A DNA stretch of 64,000 bases from a virus, in IMG/VR virus record IMGVR_UViG_3300042923_000307, positions 5,663-69,662 of that record. One strand, 5' to 3'. Positions within the stretch are counted from its first letter, which is position 1; each line of letters opens with the position of its first letter. The position numbers and the translations under genes are program-made. This document shows positions 44,660 to 54,419 of this stretch, in pieces. Below the pieces are notes generated by a model that did no database searches, was not told the DNA's origin, and saw only the letters and a list, made by a program, of their open reading frames with translations.

Positions 44660-46096
44660 CTAGACCACCTCTACAGTAATAAGGTTGGCGTTAGTGTAAA
44701 ATACGCAAGTTCTTATAGATATTTGCGTGTCGTCGTCCACTAGAAATTTTAAGCCATCAATCTCTGTTGGTTTTAAAACGGAGGATGCAGGAACTCGTAC
44801 GCCATTTAGGCCAAACTTCTGCATATCAAGGTTCTCTGATATGTAGTAACATTCGAGCTCCATAGGTAAGTGTACGATGCTGACACCAGCGTTACGGATG
44901 CAGTGGGCTATCTCAGATACTTTAGGTGAGCGACTACCGTTAAGTTCGGTTATATACTTTACAAAAGCACTCTGCACCGTTGATTTAACACTAGAACCTC
45001 GTTTGTCCGTCACCCTTATCTTACCTCTTACCACAAGAGGCCACATTTGCTTGATTAAGTTATTAGAGTGCAACGCTTCGTGTTCAGTGTGTGTTGCGAA
45101 ATCATGCATTGGCTGTATGTTTGATGTTAAGCCAAACATGTTTGTTTGAGGTGATAGCCCCGCTATAGTCTCATTCATTGAGCCTCTATTGAATATATCA
45201 ACATCGCCAAAATCTTGAGCGTTCCACTCTGCCATTAGACCATTAGGGTCAGTCTCGATACTTTTACCATTAAAGGCATATGGAAAACCAAGTGGTTGAT
45301 TGTACCCTTGTACTATGCTATAAGGCTCTGCTCTAACGTAGAAGTCAGACATACCACCCTTATGTATTACCCCTGCACCTGGAAGTTCTATAAGGTCGCG
45401 ACGCATCTCGGCATCCCTAAGTCCTATAGGTACTACCTCTTTTACGTTGAAGTTCTCCATAAGAATACCTCTAACGCCTCTATAAGCTGTAAGGTTCTTA
45501 AGTGTCATAGAACTTTTAACCCTGTTATAAACGTCAGTGTTTGATTCTATTACCCCACCATCGGAGCTATCTTGAAGTACAAATGCCTTACTGACGTACA
45601 CAGCTACAGATTCATCCTCGATGGTTACGAGCTCATTCATGTAGGCGTTGTACGCGTTACCTTTAGCAGTTGATGTTATGGTAACGTCAACGTAGTAACC
45701 TAGTTCTTCAGAGCCTGGAAGTTCTAGTTTGGAGAAGTAGTAGTCACTATCTGTAGTATATGTACGTGTATCAGGTAGGGTAATTGACAGACCTTTTGGA
45801 ATGTAGTAGTCACGTAAAGTGTCGAACACTATTCGGACAGTTGCGTGCACGTAGTCCCCTACTTTACGCTCTTCAAAGAACCTGGTTATAAGTCTATCAA
45901 GGTCTTCTGAGCGCATGGTCTTATAGTTCTCAAGAACGTTAGACGATATAAGCTCTGCGTTACCCTCTGCTTGACGAGTCCATAGGAAAGCCATTGGACG
46001 AACAACCATCTCGTAGAAAGGTGTACCAGGGCCAACGTCTAAGTCTGGGTAAGCCTCTGTAAGTATCGACAGTATTTCAGTTTCTTTAGTACTCAT
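44660..46096 (-). CDS. baseplate J-like (gp6-like) wedge protein
   Basis: YPDLDVGPGTPFYEMVVRP, GNAYN, GGVIESN..VYNRV. Confidence 0.7.
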   Translation of the reverse strand: MSTKETEILSILTEAYPDLDVGPGTPFYEMVVRPMAFLWTRQAEGNAELISSNVLENYKTMRSEDLDRLITRFFEERKVGDYVHATVRIVFDTLRDYYIPKGLSITLPDTRTYTTDSDYYFSKLELPGSEELGYYVDVTITSTAKGNAYNAYMNELVTIEDESVAVYVSKAFVLQDSSDGGVIESNTDVYNRVKSSMTLKNLTAYRGVRGILMENFNVKEVVPIGLRDAEMRRDLIELPGAGVIHKGGMSDFYVRAEPYSIVQGYNQPLGFPYAFNGKSIETDPNGLMAEWNAQDFGDVDIFNRGSMNETIAGLSPQTNMFGLTSNIQPMHDFATHTEHEALHSNNLIKQMWPLVVRGKIRVTDKRGSSVKSTVQSAFVKYITELNGSRSPKVSEIAHCIRNAGVSIVHLPMELECYYISENLDMQKFGLNGVRVPASSVLKPTEIDGLKFLVDDDTQISIRTCVFYTNANLITVEVV

Positions 46097-46105
46097 TTAT
46101 ATCAC

Positions 46106-46534
46106 CTACACTTCTAACGATAAAGATATGGAATCACCTTTTAACGGGTAAAACATAATCTCTATAGCGATGTTATTTCTGTTGTTAATGGATATGCTCT
46201 TAAGCTCTATTGAATCTATGATGTCTTCCGACTTTAGATTAGTATCCTCATTTTGAATTATAAAGAACTGCTTAGTAGCCTCCTTTACCTCATCCCTTAT
46301 AAACAACTCAACTTCTGCTGTGTTGTACATATTCATCAGAGGTAGCTGGGCTAAATGTGTGCCGAACCAAGGACGAAGTGTATCTGTACCCTTTGTTGTT
46401 AACGCTATAACAGTGTATTTCTGCATAGAGCGTATAGGCCCTGCGGCCTTAAGATAAGGGTCAGTTTGATACGTAATTCTAACAGTGCCTAATCGGTAGC
46501 TTAGTAGTGGTTGCATTAGTACTCCTGTTTTCAT
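46106..46534 (-). CDS. gp25-like baseplate protein
   Basis: LTTKGTDTLRPWFGT motif, size and position. Confidence 0.65.
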   Translation of the reverse strand: MKTGVLMQPLLSYRLGTVRITYQTDPYLKAAGPIRSMQKYTVIALTTKGTDTLRPWFGTHLAQLPLMNMYNTAEVELFIRDEVKEATKQFFIIQNEDTNLKSEDIIDSIELKSISINNRNNIAIEIMFYPLKGDSISLSLEV

Positions 46535-48015
46535 GCCTTACTCATAGCCTCCCCTTTAATCTCCGCTCTCTTTCTTAGTACTTCTGCCTGAGCTTCTGCT
46601 CTTTTAAGTTTATCGGCGTGCGTCTGTAGAAGCTGTGTAGCTGCGAGTTCAACGCCTTTCATATCATTTACGGACTTCTGAAGGGCAGACTTCTTATCAG
46701 CCCGTGACATCGACTTTAACATACCCTCCAGACCTGTGTAGTTTACACCTGCAATAACTTTACTAGGGTCAAGCACATTTATGGATGTTAGCGATACTGA
46801 CTTAATCTGATTAGCTATACCTTGCATACTGGATACTAATGCATTAGGACTTATAGGAAGTAGGTCAACCTTGCTGAGTATTTCCTGTAGACCTGAGTTT
46901 ATACTAGGTACTTTAGTATCCTGAGCCCTACCTATTAATGTGTTTGCCTGTGTTATAACTGAGGGTATTAGCGCTGAACTTACCGCTGTAGGGTCTATAG
47001 ACTTTATAGGTCTGTACCCTGGTGGGAATATGGAGTACTGCTTTAATGGGTCGTCTAAGCTTCCCATAGAACCAGTAGGTGTCAACCACAAAGCTGTAAA
47101 CTCTACTATAGAGTTACCGTATGTACCTATGTGTACTTTGCCACCATCTACGTAGTCTATAGTTATTTTATGCCAAGACTGGTCTGTAAAAACATGCTCG
47201 GCTATTTTATCGCCAACCCTAACGTAGGCTTTACTTCCTGTCTTACCAGACTTAGCGCTTATTATTAATATGTATGACTTAGATGTATCCGTTATTGTTA
47301 CGTCGGTAGACTGTGTATACGGTGCTACTCTACTATCATCTACGGTTACGAACCTAAATACCTTTGAGGGGATATTTTCGATAGTCGTATCAATTATAGC
47401 GCTTACGTCGCCAACGCTCTTAGTGTCAGTCTGCTCTTCCCACTTAGATGCGTCGTACATATAAGGGTCAGCTACGAATACGTTGTCGTTGGGTTGCATA
47501 ACCTTTGTAGGTGGGCCGTAAGCAGCGTTTACTATAGACAGGGCAAGTGATTCGAGTTTAGTGTCATTAGCTAGATAGGCAGCATCGGAGCTATTTGTTA
47601 TGTAACCTAAACCTATTACAATCTCGGTATACTGCGCTGATATGTTCTTGGTCTGTACTTTATAGCCTAGAGGGTATACAGGAGTTGCGCCCCACTTGGT
47701 TAACTCTGAGCTTACTGTAGCTGCTAATGCTGAGTACTTATCGCACTCAACTGTGTACCCCTTAGGCTCTGAGCTTATGTCCTCTAAGCACTTTATATGG
47801 AAAGTTACCGCAGGGGCCATGTAAGTTATAAACTTATCCAGCTCTATCTGAGTCTTTGCCTCTGATGTAGACCTAGTTAGTTGTACAGACTCACCCTTAT
47901 CCTGTAAGTACTTACCCAAATAGGACGCAAATTTATAGTTTACGCCATAGTCACGCAAGCCGTTAGCCTCTATAACTCTTTGATTGCTTCCTCCCATTGG
48001 GTTAAGTACTATCAT
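46531..48015 (-). CDS. virion protein with N-terminal Amidase_3-like (apparently degenerate) domain
   Basis: IVLNPMGG...VQLTRS...IGLGYITNSSDAAYL resembles CwlC/AmiA fold but lacks the catalytic His/Glu. Confidence 0.55.
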   Translation of the reverse strand: MIVLNPMGGSNQRVIEANGLRDYGVNYKFASYLGKYLQDKGESVQLTRSTSEAKTQIELDKFITYMAPAVTFHIKCLEDISSEPKGYTVECDKYSALAATVSSELTKWGATPVYPLGYKVQTKNISAQYTEIVIGLGYITNSSDAAYLANDTKLESLALSIVNAAYGPPTKVMQPNDNVFVADPYMYDASKWEEQTDTKSVGDVSAIIDTTIENIPSKVFRFVTVDDSRVAPYTQSTDVTITDTSKSYILIISAKSGKTGSKAYVRVGDKIAEHVFTDQSWHKITIDYVDGGKVHIGTYGNSIVEFTALWLTPTGSMGSLDDPLKQYSIFPPGYRPIKSIDPTAVSSALIPSVITQANTLIGRAQDTKVPSINSGLQEILSKVDLLPISPNALVSSMQGIANQIKSVSLTSINVLDPSKVIAGVNYTGLEGMLKSMSRADKKSALQKSVNDMKGVELAATQLLQTHADKLKRAEAQAEVLRKRAEIKGEAMSKA

Positions 48016-48021
48016 CGTTAA

Positions 48022-48825
48022 CTACTCCTCTCTTTGTAGAACATGAAGGGCCTGTTGCACCTTATCTATCGCATTGTTTTTTACCTTGTTGAACTGGTAT
48101 GGTGTCATACTTAAGTCCCTCATTATCTGCTGTGCCGACATCTCGGGTTTATTGTGCGGACCGCGAGGCCCTAATGTATGGTCAACTATGTGTTTCTCAT
48201 GGTCAGTCATAGAATGGTAAGCGTTTCTAAACGCGGAGCCAGCTATGTCAGAGTCAACAACTCCAGGGTCATAAACCTGTTTGCTTTCTACTAGCTCCTT
48301 GTGGAAACGTTTAGCAGCGTTCTCGACATCATCGACACCCCAACCAAGATACTCAGCTATTTCTAGCGATGTAGGCTTTCTACCAAATACCTCTGTAAGA
48401 TAACTTTCAGCTTCTGTGTGCTTAGCATACTTTAGAGCTATGTTCTCTGGGAGTCTAATGGCTTGTTGATTCTGAATGTTTAACCTACTAAGCTTTTTGA
48501 AGTTATTCATTACATGCGTACTTAGCTTAGCCCCTGCGTTAGGGTCATAGGTATCAAAAGCTTTTAAAGTCATCTGCTTTAACTGTGCCTCTACTACGCT
48601 TTTAGCGTTTACGTTACTGTGAGTAGAAGCATGCCCAGCTATCATACCCTCAAATCGATGTAGTAAGTCCCACGTAGCCTGCTTGTTACCCGTTTTATGC
48701 TGATGCCACAGTGCCATATCTTTATCTTCGTACTCATTCTTAGGCTTAAGTTTACGCTGCATCTGACGTTTAGCCTGTTCCATTTGTTCTTTTAGATTAT
48801 TTAAAATTGGTCGGTTGTTTAACAT
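48022..48825 (-). CDS. phage RNA polymerase sigma factor (sigma-70 family, SigB/F/G/FliA-like)
   Basis: KAFDTYDPNAGAKLSTHV (region 2), IRLPE, GRKPTSLEIAEYLG (region 3), C-terminal HTH. Confidence 0.85.
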   Translation of the reverse strand: MLNNRPILNNLKEQMEQAKRQMQRKLKPKNEYEDKDMALWHQHKTGNKQATWDLLHRFEGMIAGHASTHSNVNAKSVVEAQLKQMTLKAFDTYDPNAGAKLSTHVMNNFKKLSRLNIQNQQAIRLPENIALKYAKHTEAESYLTEVFGRKPTSLEIAEYLGWGVDDVENAAKRFHKELVESKQVYDPGVVDSDIAGSAFRNAYHSMTDHEKHIVDHTLGPRGPHNKPEMSAQQIMRDLSMTPYQFNKVKNNAIDKVQQALHVLQREE

Positions 48826-48862
48826 TGTATTTACACCACCATATAATTCTCTGTTACTGAAT

Positions 48863-48896
48863 ATTATACCTTAAAATTGGTATAAGTATATTGTAG
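48863..48896. promoter_or_regulatory. divergent promoters: AGGTATAAT (minus, sigma/baseplate operon) and class-A (plus)
   Basis: attatacct 48863-48871; tggtataagtatattgtag 48878-48896. Confidence 0.7.
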
Positions 48897-48932
48897 AAGA
48901 GTTTTATTTTTAATTTTAGCAAGGAGGTTGTC

Positions 48933-49133
48933 ATGAAATACTTTGATTTGTTTTGCAAATGGTTTGCTAGGGCTTATTTTTTATTTATGTTCATAAGCTT
49001 ACTTATGGTACCCATAACAGTTAACACAGCTCAGATGCTCCATGAGCTACCGTGGATATCGACAGTGCTTGCGTTAATATGCGCACTAATAGCTACGGTA
49101 ATTGAAGGCACAGAAGGGGAGCGAACAATATGA
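48933..49133 (+). CDS. small membrane protein
   Basis: AGGAGG RBS; two TM segments. Confidence 0.6.
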   Translation: MKYFDLFCKWFARAYFLFMFISLLMVPITVNTAQMLHELPWISTVLALICALIATVIEGTEGERTI

Positions 49134-49369
49134 GATTTGTAAAACCTAGAAAACCTAGAGGTAAAAAAATGGACGGTACCCACGCGTTAGACATGTGTTC
49201 ATGCTTTGCGTTTCACTGTGACCCTAGTACAATGTCTAGAGCATTTGAAGCTAAAATACGGAGAAGAAGGTCTGCAGGCTTATGCCCATGTTGCGGCGCA
49301 CAACCCTGTATATGCAAATCAAGTAGACTATTAAAAGTTCCAAAAATGGTTATAGGGGGTAAGGTATGA
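49130..49369 (+). CDS. small Cys-rich basic protein
   Basis: CPCCGAQPCIC. Confidence 0.55.
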   Translation: MRFVKPRKPRGKKMDGTHALDMCSCFAFHCDPSTMSRAFEAKIRRRRSAGLCPCCGAQPCICKSSRLLKVPKMVIGGKV

Positions 49370-49857
49370 GTGATGTAGCAGCAAAAGACAGAGCACCAGA
49401 ACAGTTACTGTGGGTGGACGATAAGTGGCACAACTATTTTTATAGGCTAACTTTAGAGGCGGCATCCATGTCCTCATGCTTGCGTAGAAAGATTGGATGT
49501 GTTATAGTTAAACATAACAGGATACTAAGCACAGGGTACAATGGTGCACCGTCTAAAGTACCACACTGTGAGGTATGTCCTAGAGCCAACCTTCCATCAG
49601 GTGCAAACTTAGAAAAATGTGTAGCTGTACACGCAGAGCAGAATGCCATGGGATGGGCAACTAGACAAGGTATCGCTTTAGACGGTGCGACAGCTTACGT
49701 AACTGTTCAGCCTTGTAGTAGCTGCATGAAGTCCCTAATAACTGCAGGAATAGTCAGAGTTATATACATGGGTGGCTACCCAGACGATATGACACTATAC
49801 CTAGCAGAGCAAGCAGGTGTGGAGATGATTAAATTAGAAAGGATTGATGGACAGTGA
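49366..49857 (+). CDS. dCMP deaminase (ComEB-like)
   Basis: SSCLRRKIGC, TGYNG, HAEQNA, PCSSC. Confidence 0.92.
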   Translation: MSDVAAKDRAPEQLLWVDDKWHNYFYRLTLEAASMSSCLRRKIGCVIVKHNRILSTGYNGAPSKVPHCEVCPRANLPSGANLEKCVAVHAEQNAMGWATRQGIALDGATAYVTVQPCSSCMKSLITAGIVRVIYMGGYPDDMTLYLAEQAGVEMIKLERIDGQ

Positions 49858-50026
49858 ATTGGTATGAATTTAAGAAAACGATACTGAGCCCAGAGGAAAT
49901 AGCTGAAGGTGAGAGGGCGGCAACGGTAATGTCAAAAATACTACTAACTAAAGGTAGTCGTAGGCGCAACGCACAGAGAGCGTCAGATATGCTTTTAGTA
50001 GGAAGAGTGCTTAGGGAGGGTGTTTA

Positions 50027-50266
50027 ATGTATAAAGGTATATTGTATAAAGGTTCTATTTACTCGGGCGTAGTACTTAGTGACGCTGGTGTTCCCGTATG
50101 TAGCTCTTGTAAAGATAAAGAGTCTACAGCAACACGGACTATGCACCTTGAGGGTACGGACTGGTACAGCAATGGTTATCAATGTGACTGCGGGAACAGT
50201 ATCAGTGTAAGCTCTAAACGTAAAGGGTCGTACACAGAAGAGGACATAAAGGAGGAAAAGTCATGA
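50027..50266 (+). CDS. small zinc-ribbon protein
   Basis: CSSC...CDCG. Confidence 0.55.
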   Translation: MYKGILYKGSIYSGVVLSDAGVPVCSSCKDKESTATRTMHLEGTDWYSNGYQCDCGNSISVSSKRKGSYTEEDIKEEKS

Positions 50267-50712
50267 GTAAGTTAGGAGTAATGGTAGGCTTGCCACGCAG
50301 CGGCAAGTCGACTAAGTGTATGGCTTTAATGGAACAAGGCCATGTAATCATAAACCCTGACAGAATGCGCTTGGCTTTACATGGTCAGGCGTATCAACCG
50401 TTGGCGGAGCAGCTAGTATGGGCTATAGCTGACTTAATGGTACGCACTCTACTTATGCAGGGGCATAATGTTATAGTGGACGCTACGAACATAACACGAT
50501 ACGCTCGCGGTGTTTGGGCAAAGGTTGCTAAGGCTCACGGTATAGAGCTAGATATATATTGGGTAACTACCCCTTACGAAGTATGCTTGGAGCGCAACAA
50601 AACGTGCTTAACAGGGCGTGTAGATGAAGCGGTAATAACCCGTATGCATAGTGGGTTCCAAGAGCCTAACGGCAGTGAGGGAGTAATCCATGCATTTAGG
50701 GAGGGCGACTGA
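50263..50712 (+). CDS. polynucleotide-kinase-like P-loop protein (AAA_33)
   Basis: VGLPRSGKST, NPD.MR, VIVDATN, CLERN. Confidence 0.85.
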   Translation: MSKLGVMVGLPRSGKSTKCMALMEQGHVIINPDRMRLALHGQAYQPLAEQLVWAIADLMVRTLLMQGHNVIVDATNITRYARGVWAKVAKAHGIELDIYWVTTPYEVCLERNKTCLTGRVDEAVITRMHSGFQEPNGSEGVIHAFREGD

Positions 50713-50714
50713 GT

Positions 50715-50987
50715 ATGGATAGTATTATGCGTATCCCATGGAAAATAGAGCAGCATGTGGGTAACCAGGTAATAGTTTCCTACGTAATTAACGGAGTAGA
50801 CTTGAAAGCGACCTTGACTATTCCAGGGGCAGATGATAAAATAACAGAAGAGATAGTGCTAATAGCTATTGAAAATCAGATAAGAACGGAGGCTCGTAAG
50901 CGTAGATTTGTGGGTCTTTCTGGGGAGTTAATATTAGCTGCTAATGGAGGTGAAGTTAGTGACACTGGGGAACAAAATCCAGCCTAG
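50715..50987 (+). CDS. hypothetical protein
   Basis: Co-oriented ORF. Confidence 0.5.
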   Translation: MDSIMRIPWKIEQHVGNQVIVSYVINGVDLKATLTIPGADDKITEEIVLIAIENQIRTEARKRRFVGLSGELILAANGGEVSDTGEQNPA

Positions 50988-51174
50988 AGATTCTATTGCA
51001 ACATTTGTAAATGTTACAGAAGAGGAAAAGAATTTAGAAGTTGATACATTCGTAGCTGGTCTAGCTACAAAAAAGTACCACCACATTAGAACTGAGAGCA
51101 TGGCTATGCCTTCAAACCAATCAGGCGCAGTCATCGTAACTCACGTATACTACAGGGAGGTTTTACCAATATGA
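50944..51174 (+). CDS. hypothetical protein
   Basis: Co-oriented ORF. Confidence 0.5.
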   Translation: MEVKLVTLGNKIQPRDSIATFVNVTEEEKNLEVDTFVAGLATKKYHHIRTESMAMPSNQSGAVIVTHVYYREVLPI

Positions 51175-51473
51175 GTAGGTTTTGGTCATCTTTTAGGCAG
51201 CTATTCGGAGTAATATTTGCTGTCGCTTTTGTTTTGTATCCGTTCACTACGGCGTTTAATATTTATAGCCGCTACCCAAATGTAGATTGGGTTATGCTGG
51301 CTCTTGACGTATACTTTTGGTTAGCTATGTCAGTAGTAATTGGGATAGAGATAGGCGTAGACGTAGTACTTAGGCTAACAACGGATAAATATGGTAAGGA
51401 CTTCTATAGGAAGGTACACTTAAGTGTTTTAGTTTGTATAGCATTAGAAATACTATGGTACATTATTAGGTAG
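51171..51473 (+). CDS. membrane protein
   Basis: Three hydrophobic segments; GGGAGG RBS. Confidence 0.6.
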   Translation: MSRFWSSFRQLFGVIFAVAFVLYPFTTAFNIYSRYPNVDWVMLALDVYFWLAMSVVIGIEIGVDVVLRLTTDKYGKDFYRKVHLSVLVCIALEILWYIIR

Positions 51474-51489
51474 AGAGGGGTAGGTAAAT

Positions 51490-52176
51490 TTGTTTACTTG
51501 GATATCAAAATTATTTAAGGGTCTAAAGAATTGGCTGTTAGGCACAGATGAGGTGCAATTCGAACGTATATCATATGACAACAGAGGAAAGGCAGAGGCG
51601 TGTGCTGAATGCGCCCCAGAGATAAAATCCGTGTGTACGGGTAAGTCTGACCTACACGCAGCCCGTATTTTAACGGCGTCTTATAGTAACCCAGCAATAA
51701 ACGCTATCACTGTACGCGATGCAGAGGCTACTAATAGAGAATGGCAACGACAGCGTAATGCGGACGCGTTAGATGCGGCAACTATTAATGATATGAGGGT
51801 CAAAGCCCTAAGAGCACGAGCTGCACACCATAAGGCGGTATCCTCGCTGCGTACGCCACCTACAAAGGAGCCCCTACGTACAAGTATAAATACTGCTAGA
51901 CGTTCTGCCTCAGTTAGCCATTCCGACAACAACAACTACCACACCGATTCGGATTTTCTTACAGGTATTATCGTGGGTGCTACGGTAGTACACGGCGTAA
52001 ACTTTGAATCCAACGAACAATATGGTGGAGGTTCTTGTTTAGGTGGTGGCTCTAGTAGGAGCTGGGAGGATACTCCCTCAACGTACGAGCCAACTCCAAC
52101 TACATATGATTCTACCCCATCGTTTACAGATACAAGCAGCAGTTTCACAGATAGTGGGTCTTTCGGTTGTGACTAG
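51490..52176 (+). CDS. hypothetical protein with Ser/Gly-rich low-complexity C-tail
   Basis: GGGSCLGGGSSRSW...DSGSFGCD; followed by terminator 52175-52201. Confidence 0.65.
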   Translation: MFTWISKLFKGLKNWLLGTDEVQFERISYDNRGKAEACAECAPEIKSVCTGKSDLHAARILTASYSNPAINAITVRDAEATNREWQRQRNADALDAATINDMRVKALRARAAHHKAVSSLRTPPTKEPLRTSINTARRSASVSHSDNNNYHTDSDFLTGIIVGATVVHGVNFESNEQYGGGSCLGGGSSRSWEDTPSTYEPTPTTYDSTPSFTDTSSSFTDSGSFGCD

Positions 52177-52224
52177 GAGCCATAAGGCTCCTTTATTTTT
52201 TGTATAAATAACGGAGGTGTAATA

Positions 52225-52674
52225 ATGGATGAAGTACAAGAGTATGAGTTCAGAATGCCTATTGGAGACTGGTCGGGTGATGGTCACAGCGTCTGCGACT
52301 ATTACAGTGCGTACTCAAATCAGCCAGTTGAACAAGTACGCGAAGTTCACTTTAAAGCCAAAGAGGTAACAGGTGTAGACATAGAAGAAATATGTAATGA
52401 GTACGAAGAATCAATAATAGAACAGGACATCGTTGATAAGCTTAAAGGTTTAGGCTTCAAGTTTGAAGACTACTTCAGCGAGGTAGATGACGACGAACTA
52501 CACGCGGACTCCTGGCTAATGGTAAACATATGGGTGTTCCTGTTAATGAAAACAGACAATACGTTAAAGATTACGATACAAAAAGAAAACAGTATACTTA
52601 TGCTTCCTTTTTACGGATATGATGAGCATAAACGCCATATGAGTTTCGTAGGTTATGGGGTACTAGGCAATTAA
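52225..52674 (+). CDS. hypothetical phage protein
   Basis: IGDWSGDGH...GYG pattern; GGAGG RBS; bidirectional terminator 52682-52711. Confidence 0.7.
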   Translation: MDEVQEYEFRMPIGDWSGDGHSVCDYYSAYSNQPVEQVREVHFKAKEVTGVDIEEICNEYEESIIEQDIVDKLKGLGFKFEDYFSEVDDDELHADSWLMVNIWVFLLMKTDNTLKITIQKENSILMLPFYGYDEHKRHMSFVGYGVLGN

Positions 52675-52709
52675 AAATAAGAAAGGGAGGCATATAGCCT
52701 CTCCTTTTT

Positions 52710-54407
52710 TTAGCGTACATCTGCCTCGTTGAAAGCAAAGCCGTCCATTATATTACGGGTGTAACCCTTTATCTTTTCCTGTACAGCAGTATCGAAGAAG
52801 TCTGCACCTTCTGCGTTCTTAAACCAACGTAGGTTCCTGTCCTCTACTACGGTAGCACCGTCACACACCATACTTAAGTGCTCCTCCATAGTAGTTATAG
52901 GACGCCAAACTTTTTTTAGCATAGAACTCACAGAGTCATCGCTTGTTGCGTATGCGGTACGGCAAGCCTGTGCGCCTGACTCATCTATACGACTAACCGC
53001 ATCACCAAGCATAGCTTTATACGTTGCACTTATGTCACTCACGTACTCATTCTCTATAATTGGGAAGGCAGGCGGTCTAGGTTCTGTGCCTATATGTGTA
53101 CCTGTAAAGCCTACATGTGTCGACCAAGAGCGCTCAGTTATTTGATGTGTAACGTCTGTTACGTAACCATACACATTTAGAGAAGATGTATCTGAACCCT
53201 CTATACTTAAGAACGGAAACCCTGGAACCATGTACGGGTTGAAGTACGTCTGCATACTGCCATTTCTATTCTCGTACCTATTGCGAAGAAGTGTGTACGA
53301 CGCTAACTCACTAAGTGTCTGTCCTATACCCTCTGGATTAGTATTAGAAGTTAGTATAGTTGACTGTACTGTCTTGCCAGCGGCTGTTGTAGTTGTAGGC
53401 TTCTGGTCTGATACTAAAAATAAGTATAAGTCTTCGCCTTGATTACTACGCAGTATACGTACACCGTTCTTCTTCTCAAACGACGATAGGTTACGCATAG
53501 GGTATCTTTTGTTCTCCATAGTACCAAGACCAACTACCTTCTGTGTCCCATCGTCATTATTGTCTATAAACGCCATAGTTACTAATTGCGACAACGTACC
53601 CCCACTCATACCAAATATGTTTGTAACAGGGTCAGATATCATTAGTATACGCGTCGGTTCTTGCTTAGGGTTACGGGAGAATCCGAGAGACATCTTCATC
53701 GATGGGTACACCATATTACAAGATGGGGGGTCTATGAACATAGTTTCAGGTTTAATAACCATTACTTTGTTGTTAGGCAGCGTCGGTATGTAGTACATGT
53801 TATGGTAGAACTTGTGCATAAAGTTAGCTAAGTACGAATGTAGAGTATACTCCATACCCTGCTCAAAACCCTCTACCATCTGCTTAGTAAACGCCAGGCT
53901 CTGTGCAAACTTGGCAAACTTAAGTATACCACGTGGGTCCTTACTAGACGAACTACCGCTAGTTGAACCAGAAACATTCATGCTTACTTTGCCATCACTG
54001 ATACTCTGGGCGTTGTTGAGTACTTCGGTCTTATACGCACTCCATTGTTCCTCGTTATCCCCGTTGGCGTAACCACCGTACTGCTTTAAAGCGGCCTCAA
54101 TACTCCCACCGTTAGCTTTAGCCTGCTCTGATAGATAATACGTACCAAAGCGTATGTTAAGTTCAGGGTCAAAGGGGCTACCATTAACCCCTATACGTTC
54201 TGCCAAGCTATTCCATGTAGGCTCTATTATCTGCATTAGACCCATGGCGTTAGGAGCGGCCCCTGTGTTAGGGTTACCGCTACTTTCTGTATTTATTACT
54301 GAGAGTATGACGTTTTTGTCTACACCGTACATATCACCGTACTTCTCAGCTAAAGGTTTCCATTGGTATATAGCCTGTGCTATATCTGTTCTAACATTTA
54401 CAGCCAT
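52710..54407 (-). CDS. lytic transglycosylase (SLT) domain fused to baseplate-hub-like region
   Basis: VINTESSGNP, AMGLMQI, FDPELNIRFGTYYL; C-terminal YFNPYMVPGFP...GYVTDVTHQI. Confidence 0.8.
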   Translation of the reverse strand: MAVNVRTDIAQAIYQWKPLAEKYGDMYGVDKNVILSVINTESSGNPNTGAAPNAMGLMQIIEPTWNSLAERIGVNGSPFDPELNIRFGTYYLSEQAKANGGSIEAALKQYGGYANGDNEEQWSAYKTEVLNNAQSISDGKVSMNVSGSTSGSSSSKDPRGILKFAKFAQSLAFTKQMVEGFEQGMEYTLHSYLANFMHKFYHNMYYIPTLPNNKVMVIKPETMFIDPPSCNMVYPSMKMSLGFSRNPKQEPTRILMISDPVTNIFGMSGGTLSQLVTMAFIDNNDDGTQKVVGLGTMENKRYPMRNLSSFEKKNGVRILRSNQGEDLYLFLVSDQKPTTTTAAGKTVQSTILTSNTNPEGIGQTLSELASYTLLRNRYENRNGSMQTYFNPYMVPGFPFLSIEGSDTSSLNVYGYVTDVTHQITERSWSTHVGFTGTHIGTEPRPPAFPIIENEYVSDISATYKAMLGDAVSRIDESGAQACRTAYATSDDSVSSMLKKVWRPITTMEEHLSMVCDGATVVEDRNLRWFKNAEGADFFDTAVQEKIKGYTRNIMDGFAFNEADVR

Positions 54408-54419
54408 GTTAATACTCCT